Positions 19,817 to 28,159 of a DNA stretch of 64,000 nucleotides are shown here, piece after piece. The stretch is from positions 6,614-70,613 of the forward strand of contig JBHPDX010000001.1 of assembly GCA_042577445.1 (NCBI GenBank). Direction: 5' to 3'. The notes beneath the pieces are model-generated. The model was not told the DNA's origin, ran no database searches, and saw only the letters and a program-made list of their open reading frames with translations. This DNA is from Candidatus Margulisiibacteriota bacterium (GTDB lineage: Bacteria > Margulisbacteria > WOR-1 > CAVSGV01 > JBHPDX01). The position numbers were made by a program, and so were the translations under genes. Positions within the stretch are counted from its first letter, which is position 1, and each line of letters begins with the position of its first letter.

Positions 19817-20179
19817 ATGAGCAATAGATCTCAAATATTAGGAAGAACCGGCGAAGAATTGGCGGCCCAACACCTTTCACAAAAAGGATATGAGATCATT
19901 AAAAGGAATTTCCGCGTGCCAGGCGGCGAGATCGATATTATAGCGAAGGATAGAGGCGTTCTGGTGTTCATCGAAGTTAAGAATTATTCCTACAAGAACT
20001 TCTATCTGCCGATGTATTCAGTAGGATATAAGAAACGGCTGAGTATCTACAGGGCTGCGGAAGAATACCTTTACCGGAACGATATCATGAATAATGATTG
20101 CCGCTTCGACATCGTATGGATATATAAAGATGAGGAAAAACTGCAAAGAATAGAACTGATCAAGAACGCTTTTATATAA
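19817..20179 (+). CDS. yraN: YraN-family (UPF0102) putative endonuclease
   Basis: GEELAAQHLSQKGYEIIKRNFRVPGGEIDIIAKD...VFIEVK is the PD-(D/E)xK-like YraN signature. An AGGAGGG RBS is present. Confidence 0.85.
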   Translation: MSNRSQILGRTGEELAAQHLSQKGYEIIKRNFRVPGGEIDIIAKDRGVLVFIEVKNYSYKNFYLPMYSVGYKKRLSIYRAAEEYLYRNDIMNNDCRFDIVWIYKDEEKLQRIELIKNAFI

Positions 20180-20189
20180 GGAACTGAAA

Positions 20190-21719
20190 ATGCTGGTCAA
20201 AGTATTAAGCTGCGCGATCTACGGGCTGGAAGGTATGCTGGTTGAGGTGGAGATCGATTCGGTCCGGCATCTTCCGGGATTTTCTATTGTCGGGCTTCCC
20301 GACCCGGCCGTTAAAGAAAGCCGCGACAGGGTAAAACTCGCGATAATTAACTCGGGATTCAGATACCCTCCCGGCTATTTTACCGCCAACCTTGCCCCTG
20401 CCGACATCAAAAAAGAAGGGCCCATTTATGATCTTCCTATAGCTCTTGGAGTTCTTGCTTCATCCGATCAGATATCCATCAAGAGAAAAGATTTTCTTGT
20501 CTTCGGCGAACTTTCTCTTGACGGTGAAGTGCGGCCGGTTAACGGCGTGCTTCCTATGTGCCTGGTCGCAAAACAGAAAAAGATCAAAAATGTCATTGTT
20601 CCAAAAGATAATATTTCTGAAGCCGGCCTGGTTTCCGGTATTGATGCGTATCCTGTTGAAAACCTGTCTCAAGCCGTTGAGATCGTTGAGGGCAATGGGT
20701 CGATGAAGCCCCATAAGGTGGCCTTAAAAAAAGTATTTGAGGGTGAGCAGGATCCTGATATTGATTTTTCTGATGTTAAGGGACAGGCACATGCCAAAAG
20801 AGCCCTGGAGATAGCTGCCGCGGGCGGCCATAATATCCTTATGATCGGCCCTCCCGGGTCAGGCAAGACCATGCTTGCCAAGCGCCTGCCTACCATCATG
20901 CCGCCGCTTTCTCTTGATGAAGCGCTTGAGATCACAAGACTGTACAGCATCTCAGGTCTCCTGAACTCAAAGGACTTTCTTGTTTCCAAAAGGCCTTTCA
21001 GGGCCCCGCATCATACTACTTCTGATATAGGAATAATCGGAGGAGGAAGAAATCCCAGGCCCGGCGAGATAAGTCTTTCCCACCGGGGGATATTATTCCT
21101 GGATGAGTTCCCGGAGTACGATCGGGATGTTCTTGAAGCTCTCAGGCAGCCTCTTGAGGACGGAACGATACTTATTTCCCGCGCGCTTTCCTCTGTTTCT
21201 TACCCTGCCGAGTTCATGCTTGTTGCCGCCATGAATCCGTGTCCCTGCGGCAGTTACGGTGATAGGGAAAAACGGTGCCGGTGTCATCCTTTCAGGATCG
21301 AGAGGTACTGGAACAGGATATCGGGGCCTTTGTTCGACAGGATCGATATTCAACTTGAGATACCAAGACTTAAAAAAGAGGAACTCTTGAGGCATCCCGC
21401 AGGCGAAACATCCAAGGAAATAAAGGGCAGAGTGGTAAAGGCGAGAGAGATCCAGTGGAAAAGGTTTAAAGATACGGTAGTACTTTCCAATTCCAGGATG
21501 ACCTCCAGGCAGATAAAGCAGTTCTGTGTTCTGGATGATGAAGCCGTGGAAATAATGAAATCGGCGATCGTCCATTACAGGCTCAGCGGGAGGTCCTACG
21601 ACCGTGTTCTTAAAGTTGCCAGGACCATTGCCGACCTGGAAATATCCGATGACATTAAGGCTGGGCATGTTGCCGAGGCGGTCCAGTACCGCTGCATTGA
21701 TAAAGATTCCTATAATTGA
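20190..21719 (+). CDS. comM: YifB/ComM-family Mg-chelatase-like AAA+ ATPase
   Basis: The N-terminal Lon-like domain, Walker A GPPGSGKTM and the Cys-rich insert CPCGSYGDREKRCRC are typical of ComM/YifB. Confidence 0.9.
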   Translation: MLVKVLSCAIYGLEGMLVEVEIDSVRHLPGFSIVGLPDPAVKESRDRVKLAIINSGFRYPPGYFTANLAPADIKKEGPIYDLPIALGVLASSDQISIKRKDFLVFGELSLDGEVRPVNGVLPMCLVAKQKKIKNVIVPKDNISEAGLVSGIDAYPVENLSQAVEIVEGNGSMKPHKVALKKVFEGEQDPDIDFSDVKGQAHAKRALEIAAAGGHNILMIGPPGSGKTMLAKRLPTIMPPLSLDEALEITRLYSISGLLNSKDFLVSKRPFRAPHHTTSDIGIIGGGRNPRPGEISLSHRGILFLDEFPEYDRDVLEALRQPLEDGTILISRALSSVSYPAEFMLVAAMNPCPCGSYGDREKRCRCHPFRIERYWNRISGPLFDRIDIQLEIPRLKKEELLRHPAGETSKEIKGRVVKAREIQWKRFKDTVVLSNSRMTSRQIKQFCVLDDEAVEIMKSAIVHYRLSGRSYDRVLKVARTIADLEISDDIKAGHVAEAVQYRCIDKDSYN

Positions 21720-21751
21720 TTCACAAATAACTAAGTGCTATGCTAAATAGC

Positions 21752-22360
21752 ATGAAACAGCTTTTATGGCTCTGTCTTATTTTCATGATCGCTATAGGCA
21801 TTTCCGGATGCGGTGCGATCGATCCTGACCCTGTAATAGGGCAAGTTCTTACTTCCATTATTGTCAGCCCGTCGAGCGCCATCTTTGCCAGGGATTCGGG
21901 ACTATATAAATTCACGGCTACCGGATATGACCAAAATAACGTTCCAATGTCAGTTTCTCTAAGCTGGAGTGCGTCCCAGGAAGCAGGATCGATCAATAGC
22001 AACGGCTGGCTGGATATCTCTTCTGAAGCAGGGACGGGCAAGGTCAAGGCATACTCAGGAACGGTCGAAGGGACATCCAGTATAACCGTAACAGGCGGCA
22101 CCTTGGAAAGCATTACGGTCGTTCCTTCTTCTGTAATTCTACCACTTTCCACCACCTCATATACTTTCACCGCGACCGCAAAAGATCATTTAGGGGGTAC
22201 TGTTGATATCTACCCTGCATGGTCTGTAACACCAGTAGCCACTATTGCGGTTATAGGCCTATATGACGGCATTTTTGTTCCTATTTCGTCCGGCGAATGC
22301 CAAGTGATAGCTTCCATGGAAGCAGGTTTCGGCACCTCCGAAGTGACAGTAACCGACTAA
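21752..22360 (+). CDS. lipoprotein with two Big_2 (Ig-like) domains
   Basis: MKQLLWLCLIFMIAIGISGCGA carries the lipobox IGISGC. The protein contains two units of about 90 aa (SIIVSPSSAIF... and SITVVPSSVIL...). Confidence 0.65.
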   Translation: MKQLLWLCLIFMIAIGISGCGAIDPDPVIGQVLTSIIVSPSSAIFARDSGLYKFTATGYDQNNVPMSVSLSWSASQEAGSINSNGWLDISSEAGTGKVKAYSGTVEGTSSITVTGGTLESITVVPSSVILPLSTTSYTFTATAKDHLGGTVDIYPAWSVTPVATIAVIGLYDGIFVPISSGECQVIASMEAGFGTSEVTVTD

Positions 22361-22437
22361 ACTTCTTTATCCACGGGGTTTACAAACGCTTTCAGGAGTA
22401 TTACAATGGTTTGTTATCATTCTAAGGGGGTGTTCTT

Positions 22438-22692
22438 ATGGCGGAAGAGAAGAAAATTGGCGAGATCGCGCACTTCTTCAGCAAGATAAGCGTTGCGGCA
22501 ATTAAGCTTTCAGGTGCTCTCAAGGTAGGCGATACTATACATATAAAAGGACATACCACGGACTTCGAGCAGGCCATAGAATCTATACAAATAGAACACA
22601 AAAGCGTAGAGAAAGCCGGCAAGGGCGATGATATAGGCATAAAGGCCAAAGATCATGTCCGCGTCGGGGATGAGGTATTCCTAAAAACTTAG
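22438..22692 (+). CDS. small beta-barrel protein resembling domain II of translational GTPases, with no GTPase domain
   Basis: 84 aa. IKLSGALKVGDTIHIKGHTTDFEQAIESIQIEHKSVEKAGKGDDIGIKAKDHVRVGDEVF is read from the translation. A GGGGG RBS is present. Confidence 0.5.
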   Translation: MAEEKKIGEIAHFFSKISVAAIKLSGALKVGDTIHIKGHTTDFEQAIESIQIEHKSVEKAGKGDDIGIKAKDHVRVGDEVFLKT

Positions 22693-22694
22693 CT

Positions 22695-22880
22695 ATGAAA
22701 TCAAAGGTTAAATTTAAATGTCCGAGTTGCGGCAAGCAGATCAACGCTGAAGTTGAAATGGCTAAATTCAACGAAGCGGTGAAGCTTGACCCGCCGTGCC
22801 AGTGCGGGTTCTCTCAGGTCGTACTTTCCGCCCTTTCTTCCGGGATCGACAGCATAACCACTAAAGAAAATGAATCCTAA
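22695..22880 (+). CDS. zinc-ribbon protein of 61 aa (CPSCG...CQCG)
   Basis: KCPSCGKQINAEV...PPCQCGF. The gene begins 2 nt after the preceding stop, so it is translationally coupled. Confidence 0.45.
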   Translation: MKSKVKFKCPSCGKQINAEVEMAKFNEAVKLDPPCQCGFSQVVLSALSSGIDSITTKENES

Positions 22881-24045
22881 AAAGAAAAAAAATAATACCG
22901 TTCTCCTGATCTCTTCGCTTGTGACAGCGGCGCTGCTTATATCCATTGCCGCTGCCTACTTTACCGTACAAAAATTCAATAAAGGCGGCAGGCAGGGTGG
23001 GGCTGAGAAAGCTTATTACCTGGCTGAAGCCGGTCTTAACCGTGCTGTATGGTATCTTAATACTCCGGAGTCCCAGGGAGGCAAAGGGATCAAATGGAGA
23101 ACAGAAGGCGCAGTGGAAGAGTTCTATCCCGGCACGTATTTTATTGTGATCACTGATGGCGGCGCGGACGGAGATGTAAAGGTGACCTCCGTAGGATCCT
23201 TTGAAGGCCACTCTAAGATGATCAGCCAGACCTTGATACGGAACCAGCTTCCCTCAGCTTTTGACTACGCGCTATTCTCTAATTCAGCTATCCATATTGA
23301 GTCGGGCTGCAATATTTATGGTGATGTTTACGGCCGTGAAAATATCAATATTAATTTTCCTTCAAAAGTAGAGGACGGCTATGTTTATGCCGGCCGCGGA
23401 CGCATTGTTTCAGGCTCCGGGGATTATCGTGTGGGTGGGGCTGGGACGATCTTTTATATTCCCAAGGCTGATTATGCTTTTTATAACGACAGGATATCCG
23501 GTGCCGCCACGATCGAATCGAAAGTGAAAGGCAATAAAAAATATATTGATCTCGATCTCTCCAAAGATATTTATATTGACGGCAATGTGGAGGTCTCCGG
23601 CCAGGTTTTTGGATCAGGGAGCCTTGTCGCAAAAGGGGACATTAAAACAAAGAACGCAATAATCCATGGAGGAGCCAAATTCATTGCCGGCGGTAAAATA
23701 GAGATCGAGGATTCTACCAGTGATGACAAGAACTGCCTGTTCTATGCCGGCAGAAATATGTACATTAAAGGCACCAGCAGCCTGAAGGGAAGCCTGATAG
23801 TTAGATCCGGCGAACTTGTCTCTGACGGCAATGTTTCCATTTACGGCATAGTTTACTGTGCCGGCAATATCTGCAAGTTAAAGCAAAAGGTCAAGATATA
23901 CGGCAGTATTGTGGCTAGCAAGTTCGATACTTTAAAGGAAAACGTGGTCATACACCATGACCCTGCTGCTTTCCCCGATATGCCGCCTCCAGGCCTTGCC
24001 GCCAAGATCCTGAGCAAAAAAACCGATTCCAAAAGAGAATTGTAG
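22870..24045 (+). CDS. PilX_N-like membrane-anchored protein with a long beta-helical or beta-solenoid repeat domain
   Basis: The N-terminus has a TM helix followed by AEKAYYLAEAGLNRAVWYL, which resembles the PilX_N motif. It lacks a class-III prepilin G/F cleavage motif. The remainder is GDV/GNV-rich short repeats typical of a right-handed beta-helix. Confidence 0.5.
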   Translation: MNPKKKKNNTVLLISSLVTAALLISIAAAYFTVQKFNKGGRQGGAEKAYYLAEAGLNRAVWYLNTPESQGGKGIKWRTEGAVEEFYPGTYFIVITDGGADGDVKVTSVGSFEGHSKMISQTLIRNQLPSAFDYALFSNSAIHIESGCNIYGDVYGRENININFPSKVEDGYVYAGRGRIVSGSGDYRVGGAGTIFYIPKADYAFYNDRISGAATIESKVKGNKKYIDLDLSKDIYIDGNVEVSGQVFGSGSLVAKGDIKTKNAIIHGGAKFIAGGKIEIEDSTSDDKNCLFYAGRNMYIKGTSSLKGSLIVRSGELVSDGNVSIYGIVYCAGNICKLKQKVKIYGSIVASKFDTLKENVVIHHDPAAFPDMPPPGLAAKILSKKTDSKREL

Positions 24046-24060
24046 GTTAAGATATCACAA

Positions 24061-25332
24061 ATGGCGAAATTCGAATTTAAATACGGCAAGAAAGCTATCA
24101 GCGTCAATATATCCGATGAGGGCATGATCGGCGTACTTCAAGGGAAAACCCTCGCACCGCTTAGAGATACCGCCGCAAAGATCAAGAGAACGCTGAATTA
24201 TCCGATAGATTCTCCGAAATTCCATGATGTTTTCAAATCCGGAGATAAAGTGGCGATAGTCGTTTCGGATAGAACTCGGAATTCCGGCGCCAAATTCATC
24301 CTCCCTGTGGTCATAAATGAACTGAATTCAATAGGCATAAAAGATGAAGATATATTTGCTGTGCTTGCCTGCGGGACGCACAGGACGCATACAAAGGAAG
24401 AGCATACCAAGCTTGTCGGCGAAGAGGTCATAAAGAGGGTCAGGATATTTGATCATGACTGCGATGACGAGAAGAACCTGGTTGAACTTGGCACAACTTC
24501 CAGAGGGAATAAGGTCAAACTGGATAAAAGAGTGGTGGAAGCGGACAAAGTCATCCTTACAGGCGCCATTACATATCATTACTTTGCAGGGTACGGCGGC
24601 GGAAGAAAAAGCGTTCTGCCTGGTATTTCTGCCTTTGAAACGATCCAGACGAACCATAAACTGCTTATTAAAGACGGGAAAGTTGAGAAGAACTGTACGA
24701 CCGGCAGACTCGAAGGCAATCCTGTACATGAGGACATGATAGAGGCCGCAAAAATGCTTGGTCCTGACTTTCTGGTAAATACTATAATGACAAGCGACGG
24801 CAGGGTGGCGGCGGTCTTCGCCGGAGACTTTATTGCCGCCCATCTCGCAGGCTGTGAGTTTTTGAATGCAAACCTCAAGGTTGATATCAGTCAAAAATCT
24901 GACCTTGTGATCGCTGCATCCGGCGGCGGAGGAAAAGACCTCAATTTTGTTCAGTCGCACAAAGCAATGGAGAACGCTTCCTACGCGCTTAAGGACGGCG
25001 GAGTGATGGTCCTTATAGCCGAAAGCAGCGAAGGTTTTCCGAGCGATGAATATTTAAAATGGATAAATCTTGGGTCATCCAAGGCCATACTTGATGAACT
25101 GGCTAAAAATTTCACTATCGGCGGGCATACTGTGTATGCAGCGTTCAGGAAAGCCGAAAAGTTCAAGATCATTTGGGTTTCCAAGCTGGACAGCAGGGTC
25201 ATTTCAAAAATGGGGATAATACCTAGGGATAACATTGCCGCAGCTCTGGATGAGGCTTATCGTCTAGCCGGGGAAAACCCTTCTACATATGTCATGCCCC
25301 AGGGGTACAATACGCTGCCGAATTTAATATGA
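24061..25332 (+). CDS. LarA-family protein (DUF2088 N-terminal domain; nickel-pincer-dependent lactate racemase-like)
   Basis: 423 aa. VVSDRTRNSG, ACGTHRTHT and YHYFAGYGGGRKS resemble LarA signature regions, including a Lys in the position that tethers the NPN cofactor. The length matches LarA. Confidence 0.55.
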   Translation: MAKFEFKYGKKAISVNISDEGMIGVLQGKTLAPLRDTAAKIKRTLNYPIDSPKFHDVFKSGDKVAIVVSDRTRNSGAKFILPVVINELNSIGIKDEDIFAVLACGTHRTHTKEEHTKLVGEEVIKRVRIFDHDCDDEKNLVELGTTSRGNKVKLDKRVVEADKVILTGAITYHYFAGYGGGRKSVLPGISAFETIQTNHKLLIKDGKVEKNCTTGRLEGNPVHEDMIEAAKMLGPDFLVNTIMTSDGRVAAVFAGDFIAAHLAGCEFLNANLKVDISQKSDLVIAASGGGGKDLNFVQSHKAMENASYALKDGGVMVLIAESSEGFPSDEYLKWINLGSSKAILDELAKNFTIGGHTVYAAFRKAEKFKIIWVSKLDSRVISKMGIIPRDNIAAALDEAYRLAGENPSTYVMPQGYNTLPNLI

Positions 25333-26312
25333 GACATACCATAATCATTTTTATCATGCTTTTATTGATCTCAACGGTTTCTTTTGCCATGGGGGGAGAG
25401 CCCCCTGCTGCGCGCGCTGTCGGCACTCCTGAAGTAAGATTAATGACTATAATCGGTGAGACAGGTTCAGGCGATTCACAGTTCTTGCGCCCAAGTGGTA
25501 TTGAAGTGTTGAGCATGCCTGTCAATCTCGTGAAGTTCCTGGTTTGCGACAGCGGCAATAATAGGATTCAGGCTTTTGACAGTTCCGGCAATTATTTATC
25601 TCAATTCGGTGGTTTCGGACGTGGTGATGGAGCGTTTGATTCCCCTTATGATATTGCAGTTGATTTCAGCTACAACATCTATGTTACCGACAGCGGCAAC
25701 AGCAGGGTCCAGAAATTCGGCAGCATGGGCAATTTCCTGATCAAATTCGGCGAGTTCGGCATGGATTCCGGAAAATTCAATGATCCCCGCGGTATTGCTG
25801 TTGATTCATGGGGGAAGGTCTTTGTGGTGGACTCAAGGAATAATAGGGTGCAGAAGTTTGAGGACAACGGATCTTACGTGCAGTCATTCGGCAGTTTTGG
25901 TTTTGGTGTGGGCTCATTTGATAATCCTTATGGTGTGTCGATGGATCAACAGGGGAATATCTATATTGCGGATGCCGGTAACAGCCGCATTCAAGGGCTT
26001 AGCGGGTTCGGCGGGAGCATACTGGCGTTTGGCAGGCGCGGGACCGCTCCCGGGGAGATGGTCGATCCGCAGGGTGTTGCAGTCGATAATGACTATATAT
26101 ATATAACCGATACCGTTAATAACAAGGTTCAGATATTCAACAAGCGAGGGGATTTCCTTCTTTCATTCGGGGAGACCGGATTTGATGATGATTCATTCAA
26201 CGGCCCGACAGGTATCGCGATCGACGTAAACGGCGTCCTTTATGTGTCAGATACAAATAATCACCGCATAAAAATTTATAAGGTGATCAAGCCATCTGAT
26301 CCAGCTATATAG
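25329..26312 (+). CDS. secreted NHL-repeat beta-propeller protein
   Basis: The protein has a signal peptide and six repeats of the NHL motif (YDIAVDFSYNIYVTDSGNSRVQKF, GIAVDSWGKVFVVDSRNNRVQKF, and so on). The start overlaps the LarA-like stop as ATGA. Confidence 0.8.
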   Translation: MRHTIIIFIMLLLISTVSFAMGGEPPAARAVGTPEVRLMTIIGETGSGDSQFLRPSGIEVLSMPVNLVKFLVCDSGNNRIQAFDSSGNYLSQFGGFGRGDGAFDSPYDIAVDFSYNIYVTDSGNSRVQKFGSMGNFLIKFGEFGMDSGKFNDPRGIAVDSWGKVFVVDSRNNRVQKFEDNGSYVQSFGSFGFGVGSFDNPYGVSMDQQGNIYIADAGNSRIQGLSGFGGSILAFGRRGTAPGEMVDPQGVAVDNDYIYITDTVNNKVQIFNKRGDFLLSFGETGFDDDSFNGPTGIAIDVNGVLYVSDTNNHRIKIYKVIKPSDPAI

Positions 26313-26357
26313 CCCCTTCCCTTCAAACACCTTCTTATTAGTGGTATAATTTACTCT

Positions 26358-26855
26358 ATGAAAACACTCGGAATCGACCCAGGGACGGCCATTACCGGTT
26401 ATGGGATACTCGATGACCGGAATGGTACTGTTAAAGTTATCGATTACGGCTGTGTTAAAACGAGCAGTAAAGAATCTCCCAGCAAAAGGCTTTCTAAGAT
26501 CTACGCGGATGTTAAAAAGCTTATTTCCAAGCATAAGCCGAAATACGTTGCGATCGAAAAGCTGTTCTTTAATTCGAACGTTAAAACAGCGATGGCAGTG
26601 GGACAGGCAAGGGGGGTAATGATCCTTGCGGCTTCCGAGGCGGGATTATCAATATCAGAATATACGCCTCTGGAAGTTAAGATGGCTTTAACGGGTTACG
26701 GCAGGGCTGACAAGACGCAGATGCAGAAAATGGTCAAGACCCTTCTCAGGTTGGATGAGATACCGAGGCCGGATGACGCTGCTGACGCGCTTGCAATAGC
26801 ATTGTGCCATGTCAACAGCAAGAGCTTTAAACAAAAGGTGGGAGAGCTGAATTGA
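26358..26855 (+). CDS. ruvC: Holliday-junction resolvase RuvC
   Basis: MKTLGIDPGTAITGYGIL...ADAAD is the RNase H-like RuvC. Confidence 0.9.
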   Translation: MKTLGIDPGTAITGYGILDDRNGTVKVIDYGCVKTSSKESPSKRLSKIYADVKKLISKHKPKYVAIEKLFFNSNVKTAMAVGQARGVMILAASEAGLSISEYTPLEVKMALTGYGRADKTQMQKMVKTLLRLDEIPRPDDAADALAIALCHVNSKSFKQKVGELN

Positions 26856-27454
26856 TATCAAAATTAACAGGTATACTTGACCATGCCGACATGAACAGCA
26901 TTACATTGGATGTGAACGGCGTCGGCTACCACGTGTTCATGCCTTCCTCCGCCATCGGAAAGCTACCTAAATCCGGAGGTAAGGTGGTCATTTATACCCG
27001 CCAGGTAGTTAAAGAGGACTCACATGAGCTGTACGGCTTCCTGACCAAGGATGAGAAGAACCTGTTCTCCATAATACTTTCTGTTTCTGGATTCGGCCCC
27101 AAAAGCGCGATAAACCTTCTCTCATCTTTCAAGTTAGAGCAGTTGATCACAGCTATAACAAAAGGAAAGGTCGATCTTCTTACTTCTGTGCCCGGTGTCG
27201 GCCTCAAGACCGCCCAGCGGCTGGTCATCGAGCTAAAGGAAAAAGTCGGGAAGGTCTTTGCTATTCAGAGATCAGAGATAGCACAGGGGCTTCCAACCGA
27301 TGATCCGATGATGTCCGATGCTATTTCCGCTTTAGTTACACTTGGGTATTCTCCAAAAGAAGCAAGGGAAGCTATTTTGAATTCCGGGCTCGACCTTACG
27401 AAAGTTAAGTCAGTTGAAGATGTTATCAAGCAGTCTCTTAAGGTGTTCAGCTAG
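26852..27454 (+). CDS. ruvA: Holliday-junction branch-migration protein RuvA
   Basis: The OB fold LTGILDHADMNSITLDVNGVGYHV and the HhH motifs LTSVPGVGLKTAQRLVIELK are both present. Confidence 0.9.
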   Translation: MISKLTGILDHADMNSITLDVNGVGYHVFMPSSAIGKLPKSGGKVVIYTRQVVKEDSHELYGFLTKDEKNLFSIILSVSGFGPKSAINLLSSFKLEQLITAITKGKVDLLTSVPGVGLKTAQRLVIELKEKVGKVFAIQRSEIAQGLPTDDPMMSDAISALVTLGYSPKEAREAILNSGLDLTKVKSVEDVIKQSLKVFS

Positions 27455-27935
27455 GCTTGTAAAACTTTCTTTCCACCCATCTCATTAATCTTCGATGAAA
27501 TCCCTTTTCGTCCTTTGTCACAGCTGCGACCATGATCGTGTATATGCCAAGTAAGTTCGCTCCCACTATATCCGTGAACAACTGATCTCCGATCATGGCA
27601 GTGTTCGATGTTTTTGAGCTTAATATCTTGAGCGCTTTCCAGAAAGCGAAAGGCAGCGGCTTTATAGTGAATGCGTAGCACGGGACATTCAGCTTTTCCC
27701 TTATCTTCTTGAACTTCCATGGGAAAAAGCTATTCGATGATACGCAGAGGTTGAACCCCGCTTCTTTTGCCTTGTTTATCCACTCTATCGAAGAGGCGGG
27801 GATATGATCGTCATTTCTTTTGCGCAATGTCTCGTCCAGATCAACGATCAGGTGCGAAATGCCTTTATTTTTAAGATCCTGAAGATCGATATCATGTATG
27901 GAATCTCTGTATTCTTTCGGTTTAAATACGCTCAT
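27447..27935 (-). CDS. yqeG: HAD-IIIA family phosphatase (YqeG-like)
   Basis: HLIVDLDETL (DxD motif I), VSSNS and MIGDQLFTDI are typical YqeG-subfamily HAD motifs. Confidence 0.7.
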   Translation of the reverse strand: MSVFKPKEYRDSIHDIDLQDLKNKGISHLIVDLDETLRKRNDDHIPASSIEWINKAKEAGFNLCVSSNSFFPWKFKKIREKLNVPCYAFTIKPLPFAFWKALKILSSKTSNTAMIGDQLFTDIVGANLLGIYTIMVAAVTKDEKGFHRRLMRWVERKFYKPS

Positions 27936-28159
27936 TTTTCGGTTTCCTCTATCTTTATTTCCTTTTTAAGGCCTTTCATGATCGAATTGAACTGTTCCTG
28001 ATAATCCGGCGAGATCATTAGGTGAACGATCGAGGTATCGGAATACCTGTCCGGGTTCGGCGTCCTAAAGGCCAGCATCCCTTCGAATGATTCCAGAAAA
28101 CTGCAAAGGAACGCGATATCATGCTTTTTGACCTTGAGATAAATGTCTATGGAATTCAT
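27932..28159 (-). CDS. small hypothetical protein of 75 aa
   Basis: It is translationally coupled on both sides by ATGA overlaps. I see no recognisable motif. Confidence 0.4.
   Translation of the reverse strand: MNSIDIYLKVKKHDIAFLCSFLESFEGMLAFRTPNPDRYSDTSIVHLMISPDYQEQFNSIMKGLKKEIKIEETEK

Noticed and set aside
19344-26312. Diversity-generating retroelement suggested by the Avd-like gene and nearby Ig-like or propeller targets
   Set aside because: No reverse-transcriptase ORF occurs anywhere in the window. I could not see a TR/VR duplicated segment at the 3' ends of 15507..17567, 21752..22360 or 42685..43464.
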